Shown here piece after piece: positions 31,717 through 44,160 of a DNA stretch of 64,000 bases. Numbering within the stretch: position 1 is the stretch's first letter; the number at the start of each line of letters is the position of its first letter. Under the pieces are notes generated by a model that was not told the DNA's origin, ran no database searches, and saw only the letters and a list, made by a program, of their open reading frames with translations. The position numbers were made by a program, and so were the translations under genes. Origin of the DNA: Azolla caroliniana (Eukaryota > Plantae > Polypodiophyta); assembly GCA_043228905.1 (NCBI GenBank), contig JBHGNT010000005.1, positions 11,284,001 through 11,348,000 of the forward strand, written 5' to 3'.

Positions 31717-34413
31717 CACGCCGCAGAAAGTGTGGACCGGTAAGGAAGTGTCCTACCGGCATCTGAAGGTGTTCGGGTGTCTCGCATACGTGCATGTGGC
31801 AAAGGACCGGAGAGGAAAGCTAGATCCAAAGACCCGGCCATGCATATTCCTCGGTTACGGCGACGATGAGTTCGGCTACTGAGTATGGGACCCGGTCGAC
31901 AAGAAGATATTCAGGAGTCGAGACATCATCTTCATGGAGGACAAGACACTCGCCGACTGGGAGTCGGAGAAGAAGGTGAAGAGCTCCAAGTCGACCGGTG
32001 AGGATCAACTCTACGAGGAGCAGTCCCGACCGGCAAGGGACCGGTTAGCACTCGAGGATCCGGCCGAAGGCGGTGAAGAAACAGAACCGGCCGAAGAAGA
32101 TGAAAATGATACCGGAACCGGCCCCGATCCCGAAATGGATTCGGATGAAGAAGAATCGGAAGAACCGGTTACTGAAGCTCCGGAACGGAGATATCCTCTA
32201 AGAGAGAGAAGGGCCCCCCGGAGATTTCCGGAACCAGAGCACGTGCTGCTAACCGACGAGGGGGAGCCGGAGAGCTTTGAAGAAGCAAAGCATGACACCC
32301 AGAGCCGCAGGTGGTTGAGTGCCATGCAGGACGAGATGGATTCCCTGCATGAGAACCACACATATGAACTTGTGGAGTTGCCGAAAGGAAAGCGGGCACT
32401 TCGAAACAAGTGGGTGTTCAAGCTGAAACCGGGAGATGCCGGAAACGCCCCGAGATACAAAGCCAGGATCGTGGTGAAGGGGTTTCAGCAGAAGAAGGGC
32501 GTCGACTTCGACGAGATATTTGCCCCGGTAGTGAAGATGACCTCCATCCGAATGGTGCTGAGCATAGCGGCAAGCATGGACCTCGAGGTAGAACAGATGG
32601 ACGTGAAGACGGCATTCCTTCACGGTGACCTCGAAGAAGAGATCTACATGCAGCAACCGGAAGGATTCGAGAAGAAAGGGAAGGAGCACCTGGTATGCCG
32701 GTTGAAGAAGAGCCTTTACGGACTGAAGCAGGCTCCCCGGCAATGGTACCGGAAGTTCGACTCCTTCATGACCGACGAAGGGTACCTCAAAACGCAGTCC
32801 GACCACTGCGTGTTTGTGAAGAAGTTCGAAGGAGGAGACTTTCTAATACTCCTCCTATACGTGGACGACATGTTGATCGTCGGACGGGACCAGGTCAAGA
32901 TACGGATGCTGAAGAAGGCTCTTCACCGAACCTTCTCAATGAAGGACTTGGGTCCAGCGAGGCAAATACTAGGGATGCACATCATCCGGGACCGGAAGAA
33001 GAAGCAGTTGTGGCTGTCACAGGAGAAGTACGTGACAAAGGTGCTTCAACGGTTCAACATGTCGGAAGCAAGACCAGTCGGGTCAACTCTCCCGGCAAAC
33101 TGCAAGCTGTCCAACAAGCAAAGTCCCAAGACAAAGGCTGAAAAGGAGGATATGATGAAAGTGCCGTATGCCTCAGCCGTCGGGAGCTTGATGTACGCGA
33201 TGGTGTGTACCCGACCGGACATAGGATATGCAGTCGGAGTGGTGAGCCGGTACATGAGCAATCACGGCAAAGAGCATTGGAACGCGGCCAAGTGGATACT
33301 CCGATACCTGAAGGGCACGGCAAACGTGTGCCTCCGATTCGGCTCCGGTAAGCCCGAACTCGACGGCTTCACCGATTCGGATATGTCGGCTGATGCAGAT
33401 ACCAGCCGGTCCACATCAGGGTATGTGATGACGTATGCAGGGGGAGCCGTTTCGTGGCAGTCGAGGCTGCAGAAGACGGTTGCGTTGTCAACCACGGAGG
33501 CGGAGTACATGGCAGCTGTTGAAGCCGGCAAGGAAATAATATGGATGAAGGACTTCATTAGAGAGCTCGGGATCCGGCAGGAGGAGTACCGACTCTACTG
33601 CGATAGTCAGAGCGCCATCCACCTTGCAAAGAACGCGGCCTACCATTCTCGGACGAAACACATCCAGCGTAGATACCACTGGATCCGGGAAAGGATAGAA
33701 GACAAGGAGTTCGTGCTGACGAAGATCCACACGGACGAGAACGGGTCGGATATGCTGACCAAGGTGCTCACACCCGACAAGCTGGAAGCATGCCGGAAGA
33801 GGATCGGATTGGAAAGACATCCCATGCCGAAGTGAAGGGGGAGTTTGTTGGGATTACGGTCTGTTCGGATGGGATGGTCGGATGCCGGAGATGAATGCCG
33901 ACGAGCCCGGTTTTCGGTTTCGGAACCGGATGATGAAGACCCCGGCTTCGGAGCCGGATGACGAATGTACCCGGAGAGAGATCCAGATGCAGGGACATAT
34001 CCGTGAATATGTTTGCTAAGGGCCCCTGAGGCTATAGTTGTAAATAGCCCCAAAGTCATATATGTATAAATATGACTTAGGGCAAACAGTTTTGTAGTTG
34101 CTCATCATTTTTCTGTTTTTCCACTTAAGAGGAGTGAAGAGAGAGAGCAGCCGTGGAGAGATAGAGCGTGAGAGAGGAAGAGGTCGACGCCTCTGTGTAT
34201 TTCCGCCGCCTGTGGCGAGGACAGCGAGCTCAAGGTCGTCGCCTTGCAGCTCGTCATTGTATACTTCTCTGTGTATAGTGTTGGTTTGGAGTCTTGTACT
34301 CCCGTGGTTTTTCCCGTACTGGGTTTTCCACGTTAATCCCTGTGTATTCGTGTTTCTCTCTCTGTGGTTCCTATTTTCTGCTGCATCGATTCGCGCTTAC
34401 TCAGTTGTGGCCG

Positions 34414-35820
34414 AGGGAAGAAGGTTAATCGAAGAGTTGATTCCTTACATCATCCAGATCCCATATGGAGGGACTTGTTTCCCAACAAACTCCCCCTTCA
34501 CTCCGGCATGGGATGTCTCGTAAGTCCGATATGTCTCCAATAGGCGTGGAGCTTGTCAGCTGACAACATCTTGGTTAGCATGTCTGACTCGTTCTCCTCC
34601 ATATGGTTCATTGTCACCAAGAATTCTTTATCTTCTACCTTCTCTCGGAACCAGTGATATCTTCTCTGGATGTGCTTGGTCTGGGAATGGTAGGTTGCGT
34701 TCTTCGTGAGGAAGATGGTACTTTGATTGTCGCAGTAGAGCCAGAATTCCTCCTATTGGATCCCTAGCTCTTCAATGAAGTCCTTCATCCAGATTACCTC
34801 TTGACCAGCTTCTACAGTCGGCATGTACTCCGCTTCTGTTGTTGACAATGAAACAGACTTTTGGAGCCTCGACTGCCACGATGCGGCTCCCCCTACATAT
34901 GTCATGACATATCCGAGTGTAGACTGGCCGGTATCCCCATCAATCGACATATCTGAATCCGTGAATCCTTCAAGTTGTGGTTTTCCGGAGCTGAATCGGA
35001 GGCACATACTCGAGGCCTTTGTCTTCGGGCTCTGCTTCCCAGACACCTTGTAGTTTGCTGGAAGTGTCGATCCGACCGACATTGTATCCTTCATGTTGAA
35101 CCTCTGAAGCACATTTGTCACGTACTTTTCCTGTGACAACCACAACTACTTCTTCGACCGGTTCCGGAGTATGTGCATCCCTAGGATCTATCTCGCCGGA
35201 CCCAGATCTTTCATTGAGAAGGTCCGGTTCAAGGCCTTCTTCAGATTCCCGATTTTGATTTTGTCTGGTCCGACGATGAGCATGTCATCCACATACAATA
35301 GGAGTATCCGAACTCTTCTTCGTCGAACTTCATCATGAATACAAAGTGGCCGGCCTACATCTTGTGGTATCCTTGGTCGGTCATGAAGGAGTTGAAGTTC
35401 CGGTACTATTGCTGGGGAGCTTGCTTCAGTCCATATAAGCTCTTCGTCAACCGGCATACAAGGTGCTCCTTCCCTTCCTTGACAAATCCCTATGGTTGTT
35501 GAATGTACATCTCTTCGAGGTCACCGTGTAGGAACGTTGTCTTAACGTCTAGTTGTTAAACCTCGAGGTCCATGCTTGCCGCAATGCTCAATATAGTCCG
35601 GATGGATGTCATCTTGACTACCAAGGCAAAAATCTCATCGAAATCCATTCCCTTCTTCTGTTGGAAACCCTTCACCACAATGCAGGACTTATACCTTGGT
35701 GGATTTCCAGCATCTCCCGGTTTCAACTTGTACACCCACTTGTTCCGGAGTGCTCTCTTTCCTTTTAGCAGCTCCGTCAATTCATATGTGTGGTTCTCAT
35801 GCAGGGAATCCATCTCCGAG
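34414..35820 (-). pseudogene. Degenerate copia RT-RNase H, PPT and LTR start
   Basis: ORFs 35556-35813, 35188-35457 and 34753-35145 (YVDD, FTDSD, EAEY). PPT at ~34490-34500. Confidence 0.8.
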
Positions 35821-36190
35821 GGGGCCTTCTCTACAGCAACACATGCTCTACATCCAGAAATCTCCGAGGGGGCCTTCTCTCCATTTGTTCTGTTGGGAAG
35901 TCGGTCCCTCCGGATGGGATCCGGTTATGAATAAAGAGGACCTAGTGAGAACTGGAAGAGATCCGGAAACCGGATCGGAATCAATCAATTCATATGTGTG
36001 GTTCTCATGCAGGGAATCCATCTCCGAGGGGGCCTTCTCTACAACAACACATGCTCTACATCCGGAAATCTCCGAGGGGGCCTTCTCTCCATTTGTTTTG
36101 TTGGGAAGTCGGTCCCTCCAGATGGGGTCTAGTTATGAATAAGGAGGACCTAGTGAGAACCGGAAGAGATCCGGAAACCAGATCGGATGG
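35778..36190. repeat. Tandem duplication (~209-bp period) spanning an RT fragment/LTR junction
   Basis: 35778-35978 recurs at ~35987-36187. Confidence 0.8.
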
Positions 36191-37387
36191 ATCCGGTGAG
36201 AACCGGAAGAAAAGACATATTTGTAAATATGTTTTGAGTAAGCCTATTGAGGCTATATTTGTAAATAGCCCTAAGTTCATAAGAGTATAAATATGACCTA
36301 GGGAAATCACAGAAGGGAGTGTTGTCATATTGTTGTATGTGCATAACTGTTGTATAGAGAGAGAGAGATATAGAGTGATACTCTATTGTAACCGCCACTC
36401 AAGGTCATTGCCTCCGAGTCTCTAATTGTGCCCTTTTCTTCATAGTGATAGTTGGAGTCTGTGGGCTCCCGTGGTTTTTCCCATTCAGGGTGTTACCCGG
36501 CCGGCAAAGGGGTTAAAGACCAGAATATGAAAGGGATTATTTATTCGGAATCTATTTTAATTAAGTAGTTTATGAGACGTGAACGGACAGACCCGAATCG
36601 GTATGTTGATCCGGATCCAGACCAGTTCCGAATAGGTGCCGGTTGGCACCGTTTTGTACTCAACATCGGTGACCTATATAAAGGCCCGTTTACAATGTAA
36701 AACGTTGACGGATAATTAATAGAGCTTCTTGTTTTATCTTTAAGTGTTGATTACCGTTTTGTACTAATTGTTCTATCATACGCGTGTATCCAGTCTAATG
36801 CCATACTGCTAAGTAACCAATTAAGTCTAATTAATCGTTGTGTCTTAAGTTATCTCACCGTAACACCCCTTTGGTGAAGTGTCTTCCATAGACACCCTAT
36901 GTTAGGCCATTGTCTGGCCCTAAGGAATAACACAGGTTTTGGCGTCCATGATTCCTGCACAATTGCAGTGAACAATGGCGGGAATGGATGATTAGACCAA
37001 CGAACGACCCGGTTACGGAGCGAGCATAGAGACTTGTTGAACGGCTAAGGAAGCAAGAGGCTTTCCAGCAAGCGGCAGAAGAAATCAGTGCGGATCGCTC
37101 ATTTTCCATGGTGATCCAGCGAGTGGCTAGGGAGTCATTGCGTTCACAACAAAACAACTACCCGAACGAAGGAAGCAGCCTAAGCAACCTTCGGGAAATG
37201 GAATTCCTTCTCCAGGCATTGACAACGGGTGAAGGCAAATCCGAAGCATTTTCGGCTTTTGAATCAGATTCGGAAGGGGAATACAGCGCGCATACGAACT
37301 ACCGCAGCAGTAACGACACCCCAAACTGACTGGAGGACGAGGAGTCGGATACCTTGCCGACACCGGGACCAGAATTGACAAGGCTGG

Positions 37388-37710
37388 AACCTCCAACACC
37401 AGAAGTCGAGCACACACAGCAGAACTAGAAGTCGAGGAAGATAGACCTCCGACACCAGAAGTCGAGCACACATAGGAACCAGAAGTCGAGGAAGAGAGAT
37501 CTCCGACACTAGAAGTCGAGCACACACCAAAACCAGAAGTCGAGGAAGAGAGACCTCCGACAACGGAAGTCGAGCACACACTAGAACCAGAAATCGAGGA
37601 AAAGAGACCTCCGACATCGGCAGTCGAGGAGGGGAGGCCTCCGACAGCGAAAGAGGAGCAGGAAAGACCTCTGACGCCGACAGAAGATGAGGAAAGACCA
37701 CCGACACCAC
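37388..37710 (+). repeat. 54-bp tandem repeat in the gypsy gag N-terminal region
   Basis: About four units of cctccgacaccagaagtcgagcacaca…cagaagtcgaggaagagaga, followed by 27-bp subunits. Confidence 0.8.
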
Positions 37711-40700
37711 CAACCCGCATACCAACACCAGACGACGATATGTCGTTCCAATATCCCAGATACCGGGATGATCCGGACGTGGAATCCCACATCCATGCGT
37801 TTCAGTAGACCTGAGAGGCAAACCATGTGTCGCAACGCTTAAATGCGGCCGGAGAGGAACGCTCAAAAAGGGCAGATTTCGGCATGACCCTAGAGGGACC
37901 GGCCGCCAGATGGCACTGAACAGAAGATCCCAGCACCATCCCCACGTTTGAAACATTAAAGATAAAATTCTTGCATTTCTTTCACAAGGAGATGGACCAA
38001 CGGGAAATGGTAGGCTTGTTTTACAATATCCGATAGGAACCAACGGAGAACATTCAACAGTTTGTCATCCGGTTCCAACGGATCCACAGTCAGCTCAACC
38101 GGACACCATTGGAGGAAGAAACAAAGGCCATATTCCTAGCAGCACTCCGGGAGCCCTTACGAACGGTGTGCACCATCATTGATTTCCGCACCAACAGCAT
38201 AGATCAAGTGATCGACCGAGTTCAGGGAATGGAAAACTCAAGTTTATGCCTAACCATGGGCGCACTTCAGCGTGCACTACCAACAGATGAGGACCTTTGT
38301 TTCCGGCAAGCAATTCAATGTACGACATGCCTGAATACCAGACATTCAGCGCTGAAATGCAGAATGCATTCCCAATGCTTGCTCGGCCACTCCAGAAGTC
38401 ACACAATGGAACGGTGTGAGTATAACTTGTTAAATCGGCAAGCACCACCGGTCCGGCAAATTGAACCACGAAGCAATTGGGAGGAAGAAGAGGAACGTTG
38501 GTGGCGAGAGGAGCGCTACTGGCCGACAGAAGATGTCTGGTACAACGATCGAAGAGACGCTTATGACCAGTATGACAGACGGGATAGATACCGAGACCAT
38601 AATGGACGGTACGAGAGATACAACCAGGATCACTGCCCTGGTTACAACCAACGACGGGGTGACTATAGCAAGTATGATGACTGACCCCGTCACGGTTACT
38701 GAAACAAAAAGCATTTCAACAAGAAACGACATTTCACCAAAAAGGGGGATCATCCACGGGAACCGGAAAAGGGCACTCCAAGCAGCCAACCGAACCAAAA
38801 CCAAGCACTTACCACAAGACCTCAACCAGGTGCGGGCACAAACGCCGAATCCAGCAACACCCAAAAGGCGTACTGTTATTATTGCCGGCAAGAAGGCCAC
38901 TATAGTAACCAATGTCCGGCGAAGAGCTATGACAAGCGACCAACGGTGAACATGGTAGATGCGGAAGTCACGGACTTACAACAAGTCACTACAAGATCAA
39001 AAGGCAAAGCCACGGAATGGGAAACACAAGAAGCCATCCGGAAACAAGCAACCGAATGGGTGAAGAAAGCAAACGAGCGGAATGCGGCAGAGCTCGAACA
39101 ACAAAAGGAGAATGCCGAAGCACTCACCGGCTTAGGGCAGCCCGAAAACCGAACAAGAATGCCAAATAACGCTGCCGTTAGGCCGGCTATTGCAACTAGT
39201 ACCACGCTTCACAGAAGGACTGAAGACAGGAAGGACGGAAGCCGACACACCACTGGCTCCGGCGTTCTTCTCAAATTCGGAGGAAGGACCGGCGGTAGTA
39301 GACACGAGCAGTCCGGCAATCACAGCCACCGTGAAAGGAAAAGAGTTACCCGACACGATTATCGATGGAGGATCCAACGTGAACGTCATTAGCCTCCGAA
39401 CGTGTAACACTCTAGGAATCCATGACTGGGAACCATGCCCGTTTTGGCTTCGGATGGCGGACACAAGCTCAGTATGGCCGACCGGATTAATACGTGATCT
39501 GGAAGTGACCATCGGGGGTCACACATTTCGCATTTCCACAGTAGTTCTCAAGCTACAGGCTCAGGGAGCGTACCCACTATTGTTGGGACACCCTTGGTTA
39601 AAAACAACACACATCAAGCAAAACTGGAGGAAGAATTTAATTACATTCCGGCGTGGAAAAGCGAAAGTACGAGTCTCGAAAGTACAAGTACGGTCGTGTA
39701 CTAGCAAGGAATTGATGCCACTATATGCGGAATGTGTAAACATGTTGGAAGGATTGGCGGATGAAGAGGTTGATCAATACTTACAGGAAAATCCGAAGAT
39801 CGTACCTCTGTTCGAAATTGATGTAGCTGAAGCAGTATCACCGTACATACTGCAACCGGACGGGACCAACGAGGAACTAGATAAAGAAGCGATCCGGGAG
39901 TTACGGCAAGCATAGGAGGCACTGGAAAGAGAAACGGTGGTATCGCAGCGCTTAAAAGCATCCCAACTTGAAGAGGTAAACCTAGGTACCACAGAGGATG
40001 CAAGACCGGTTCAAATCGCCAAGGAAATGATTCCGAAGAACAAAACGGCAATTGCCTGGTCCTATGAGGACATGGGGGGACTCGATCCTCAATTGTATCA
40101 ACACCAGATACATCTGAGTAAAGACGCCAAACCGGTAGCGCAACAACGTTACCAGATGAACCCGAATTACGCAGCAAAAGTCAAAGAAGAAATCGACAAG
40201 TTGCTAAGGGTTGGCTTCATCCGCCGGTAAAGAAAGCCACATGGCTCAGTCCTATAGTCATAGTACCGAAAAAGAATGGGAAGATAAGAGTTTGCATCGA
40301 CTACCGGAAATTGAATGCGGCTACGGTAACGGACGCCTTCCCACTTCCATCGACGGATGGAGTCCTGGATGCGGTCGCCGGTCATGAGGTGTACAGTTTT
40401 CGGGATGGTTTCAGTGGCTATAATCAGATCCGGATGCACCCCGACGACCAAGAGAAAACTGCTTTTGTCACCGAATGGGGAGTCTTTGTTGCTGTAGTTA
40501 TGATGTTCGAACTGAAAACGGCGCCGGAAACCTTCTAGCGGATCATCATGGAAATTTTCGGAGAATTCATTCCGGCATTCATGCAGGAGTTCTTGGACGG
40601 CTTTGTTGTTTATAGCCGGAAAGGGGATCACCTTCAGCACCTCCGACTATGTTTGGAGAAATGTAGGGTTTACCGACTAAGCCTGAACCCGGCGAAATGC

Positions 40701-43238
40701 GTGTTCGGAGTGTCCAGCGGAACATTACTTGGCCACATCGTGAGCAAGGACGGTATTGTAGTGGATCCGGACAAGGTCAAACCTATTTTGGAGGCACCGA
40801 CACCAACCACGGCAAAGGCATTAAGCCAGTTCTTAGGACAACTTCGGTAGCATAGCCAAATGCTCCGGTATCTAGCAGACCTGGCTACACCATTGCATGC
40901 CGTGGTACATCGGACACCATTCCAATGGACAGACACAGAAGACCAGGCTTACCAGGCACTAAAGGTATTGTTGTCACAAGCACCGGTGGTGCAGCCTCCG
41001 GATTGGTCTAAAGAGTTCCATGTGTTCGTTGACGCGTCCGACACCGCAATTGGGAGCGCGCTTATGCAACTTACAGAACCGAAGTGGTACCGGCCAGTGT
41101 ATTATGCCAACCGGAAGCTGTCCCAAGCAGAACTTAATTATTCCACAACGGAAAGGGAGGCCTTGGGTATGATCTACAGTGTCACCAAGTTTAGACACTA
41201 TCTATTGGGAAGGAAATTTTCCTTTCACGTGGACCATTCGGCGCTCCTCTATTTGGTGTCCAAAGCATCACTAACTGGTAAGCTGGCCTGGTGAACGTTA
41301 CTAGTACAAGAATTTGAGTTCGAGATATTCCACCGACCCGGCATACAACATGTGGTAGCAGACTATTTGAGCCAGTTAGATTCCGACGAAACCGGTGACG
41401 GCGTCCTATACGACTTCCCTGATGCAGACTTGTTTAAAGTCATAGCAGGAAAGGCAACGGATGGTACGGTCGCAGAGGAAGACAAGTGGCTCACCAACAT
41501 GCACCAATTTCTGAGCACCGGCTTACCTCTGGAGGAGATGAACAAAGACAAGAGGAAACGCTTAGCGGTTCAAACCCGACACTTCTGTCTATTACAGGAC
41601 ACACTGTACCACAAAGGCGCAGATGGCATATGGCGGCGTGCGGTGCGCAACGACGAAAAGGAGATAATATTGCGTGAAGCACACTGTGGAGTGGCTGGAG
41701 GACATTATGCCGGAGACGCTACAGCAAGGAAAATATGGCAGAGTGGACTATTGGTTGCCAACAACATTGAAGGATGCAGTCTGACACGCTAAAGAAGGCG
41801 ACCTATTTCAGCGAATGGGCCAACCAACAGAACAAGCCAGGATGCCTCACCAGCCCGTGTTACCGTTAGAACCATTTCAGAAATGGGGGCTGGATTTTGT
41901 CGGTCCATTCAAACCACCAGCAATGAGAACTGGCAACCGGTACGTGATTGTCGCTACGGATTATTGCACAAAATGGGTGGAAGCCAAAGCACTACGTGAC
42001 AACGTTGCGGCATCCACGGCAAAATTTTTATATGAATACATCTGGTGTTGTATGGATGTCCGATAGAGCTAATAAGTGACCAAGGTGGGCACTTTTTAGG
42101 GCAAGTACTGGAAAGTTTGACGACATTCTATGCGGTGGTGCACAAACGGAGCAGAGTCAACAAATAAAACACTGCAAAACATCCTTCGAAAAATCGTCAA
42201 TGAGAACCGGACAGATTGAGATACAAAGCTACACAGTGCAGTCTAGGCCTATCGAACGACATATAAGACAAGTATCTGCACAACACCGTTTCGCCTAACA
42301 TTTGGATTGGAAGAAGTGATGTTGGTCGAGTTCCAAGTACCGAGTTTACGAATACAGATTCGGGAACGCCTAAATGAGAAGGAATCGGAAGCGATCCGAT
42401 TAGCTGCGTTGTGCGAATTGGAAGAACACCGACTAGCTAGCATCATGCACCTAGAACTTGAGCAGCAGTGAAGGAAAGCGTTCGTGGATTGTCACCGAAA
42501 AGAGAACGAAAAGATGTTCGGAATCGGTAAGCTGGTACTAGTATTCCACACCCAGATGGGTAAGATGTTGGGGAAGCTACGGTTTCGGTGGACCGGACCA
42601 TACTGGATCACGCGTGACTTCTACGGTTCCTACTAGTTAGGGACACTCGCCGACGAGGTTCTGGGTAAATGGGTCAATGGGTTCCGACTCAAACCATACA
42701 AGGAACCCATGCCAAGAAACCGATTTGAACAAGTAAAGACTGACACAGAACTAGACACCGGTAAGTCAGAAGAGACAGCAACACGTGTAGCAATCGGCAA
42801 GCGCAAAGCTGGTAAGAGGGAGGACGAGCCAACAAACGGCAAGAACGACACAACGGCGAGCAGTCCAACGGCCAGCAAGTCCCACAATTCGGATAGGGCT
42901 CCGGTGGGACCGGAGGCGAATTAACCAAACAGTTGTTTTAAGGAAAAAAAAACAAAGAAAAAACAAATATTGAATCAAATCAAAGTAAATCATGCAAGGG
43001 CGAGGTGTGAACGGACACATGCAAGAACAAGGAGTGAACAGGCACTTTGAAAAGGTACATAGTGGGCTATTAATAGAGTATTAAACCGCCGCCACATGGC
43101 ACGACATTCTATTTTAGTACACGACGTGCACACGCGCGGGTAAGAAAAAAAACAGGCGCCAACGTGCAACAAGAAAACCCCCACCACATGAAAACCTTCA
43201 CATTTCGCGAACAAAGGAGTACAAACGCAGACAAGTGA

Positions 43239-44160
43239 TTGAAGATCAGCAGATGTGAGCCCACGCACATAGAGCCTCCTCAAACACACCCCTCACTAGC
43301 GCTCACCGACCTCGAAGAAGCCATGGACTTCCAAGCACTCTCTGAAGCAGCCAAGAAGTGGCTAAGGCAACACGGGTTAGAAGGTTTCCTCACATTCATG
43401 GAGGCACCACCGCACAGGGAGGCGGAGAAGATAGTCAAGGAAATCGACACGGAGCTGATCACTGAGGAGGCCATCCATGCATTGATAGGCCTTCCGGAGG
43501 GGGGCATCTTCATGATCGACAACCCTACCCCAGAGCAACTCCGAAAATATTTTGGTGAATACTCTCTCGCTAGCAGGGCCTACAGGACACAGGGCGACGA
43601 AGATACATTATTTTGGGAAATTTCCCGTGTACTCCATGAATTTGGACATGTATACCCTCAACCCCCGTGCATGCCTCAGAACTGAGCCGACTTAATCATA
43701 GCAACGTATGAAAGTGTGAAGGTGGAATGACCGGTACTGATTACGGACGGACTCCGTGCGGCCATCGGCTCTATAAGAGGCAAGGAGGGTCGGAAAATAT
43801 GGACTATCGTGGCGCAATGGCTCACCATATTGGCGCCACCTATCGAGCCCGCCAAGACCACGAAGCAGGGGAGAACTACCGAAGGCCCCCCGAAAACGGC
43901 TTCGAAACGGCAGCAGTTGTTGGCCTCTAAGGCACCCAAAGGGAAGGAGGCCGACACGGACAAGGCGGCAAAAGAGTGCACTAGTCGGAAGCGGCGGACG
44001 GAAACGAAGGAGGAGACACCGACACGTCCAATCAAGATCAGACTTCACTGATTGGTTCAATAAGAGTTGAACCCCTTGGTAGCAAAAATGAACATCGGAA
44101 CTCAGGAGGAGGAAGCGGAGGAGGAACCGTTAGAGCACCTCCAGCAGTGCCAGAAGGCAA
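43239..44160 (+). pseudogene. Extra ORF downstream of gypsy integrase, function unknown
   Basis: 43239-43685 continues in frame through stops into 43809-44051. Confidence 0.55.

Larger units (their letters stand above)
24268..33835 (+). pseudogene. Copia gag-pol (24268-26227 joined to 31722-33835; TGA at 31879-31881)
   Basis: CCHC knuckle CFHCGKPGHFRKNC; PR VVDSGAS; INT HTD…DNGGEY…AERMN; RT YVDD; RNase H TDSD…EAEY…CDS…KHI. Confidence 0.93.
23512..34570 (+). mobile_element. Near-intact Ty1/copia element with ~726-bp LTRs, interrupted by a nested copia
   Basis: LTRs 23512-24237 and 33846-34570 differ at only ~4 positions. Met-i PBS 24241-24252. PPT 33834-33843. No clean TSD. Confidence 0.92.

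Noticed and set aside
36933-36960. PBS of the gypsy element
   Set aside because: TGGCGTCCATGATT could not be matched by eye to a tRNA 3' end, so it is left unassigned.
37127-38043. Long antisense ORFs (221 and 259 aa)
   Set aside because: They are products of the 54-bp tandem repeat opposite gypsy gag.
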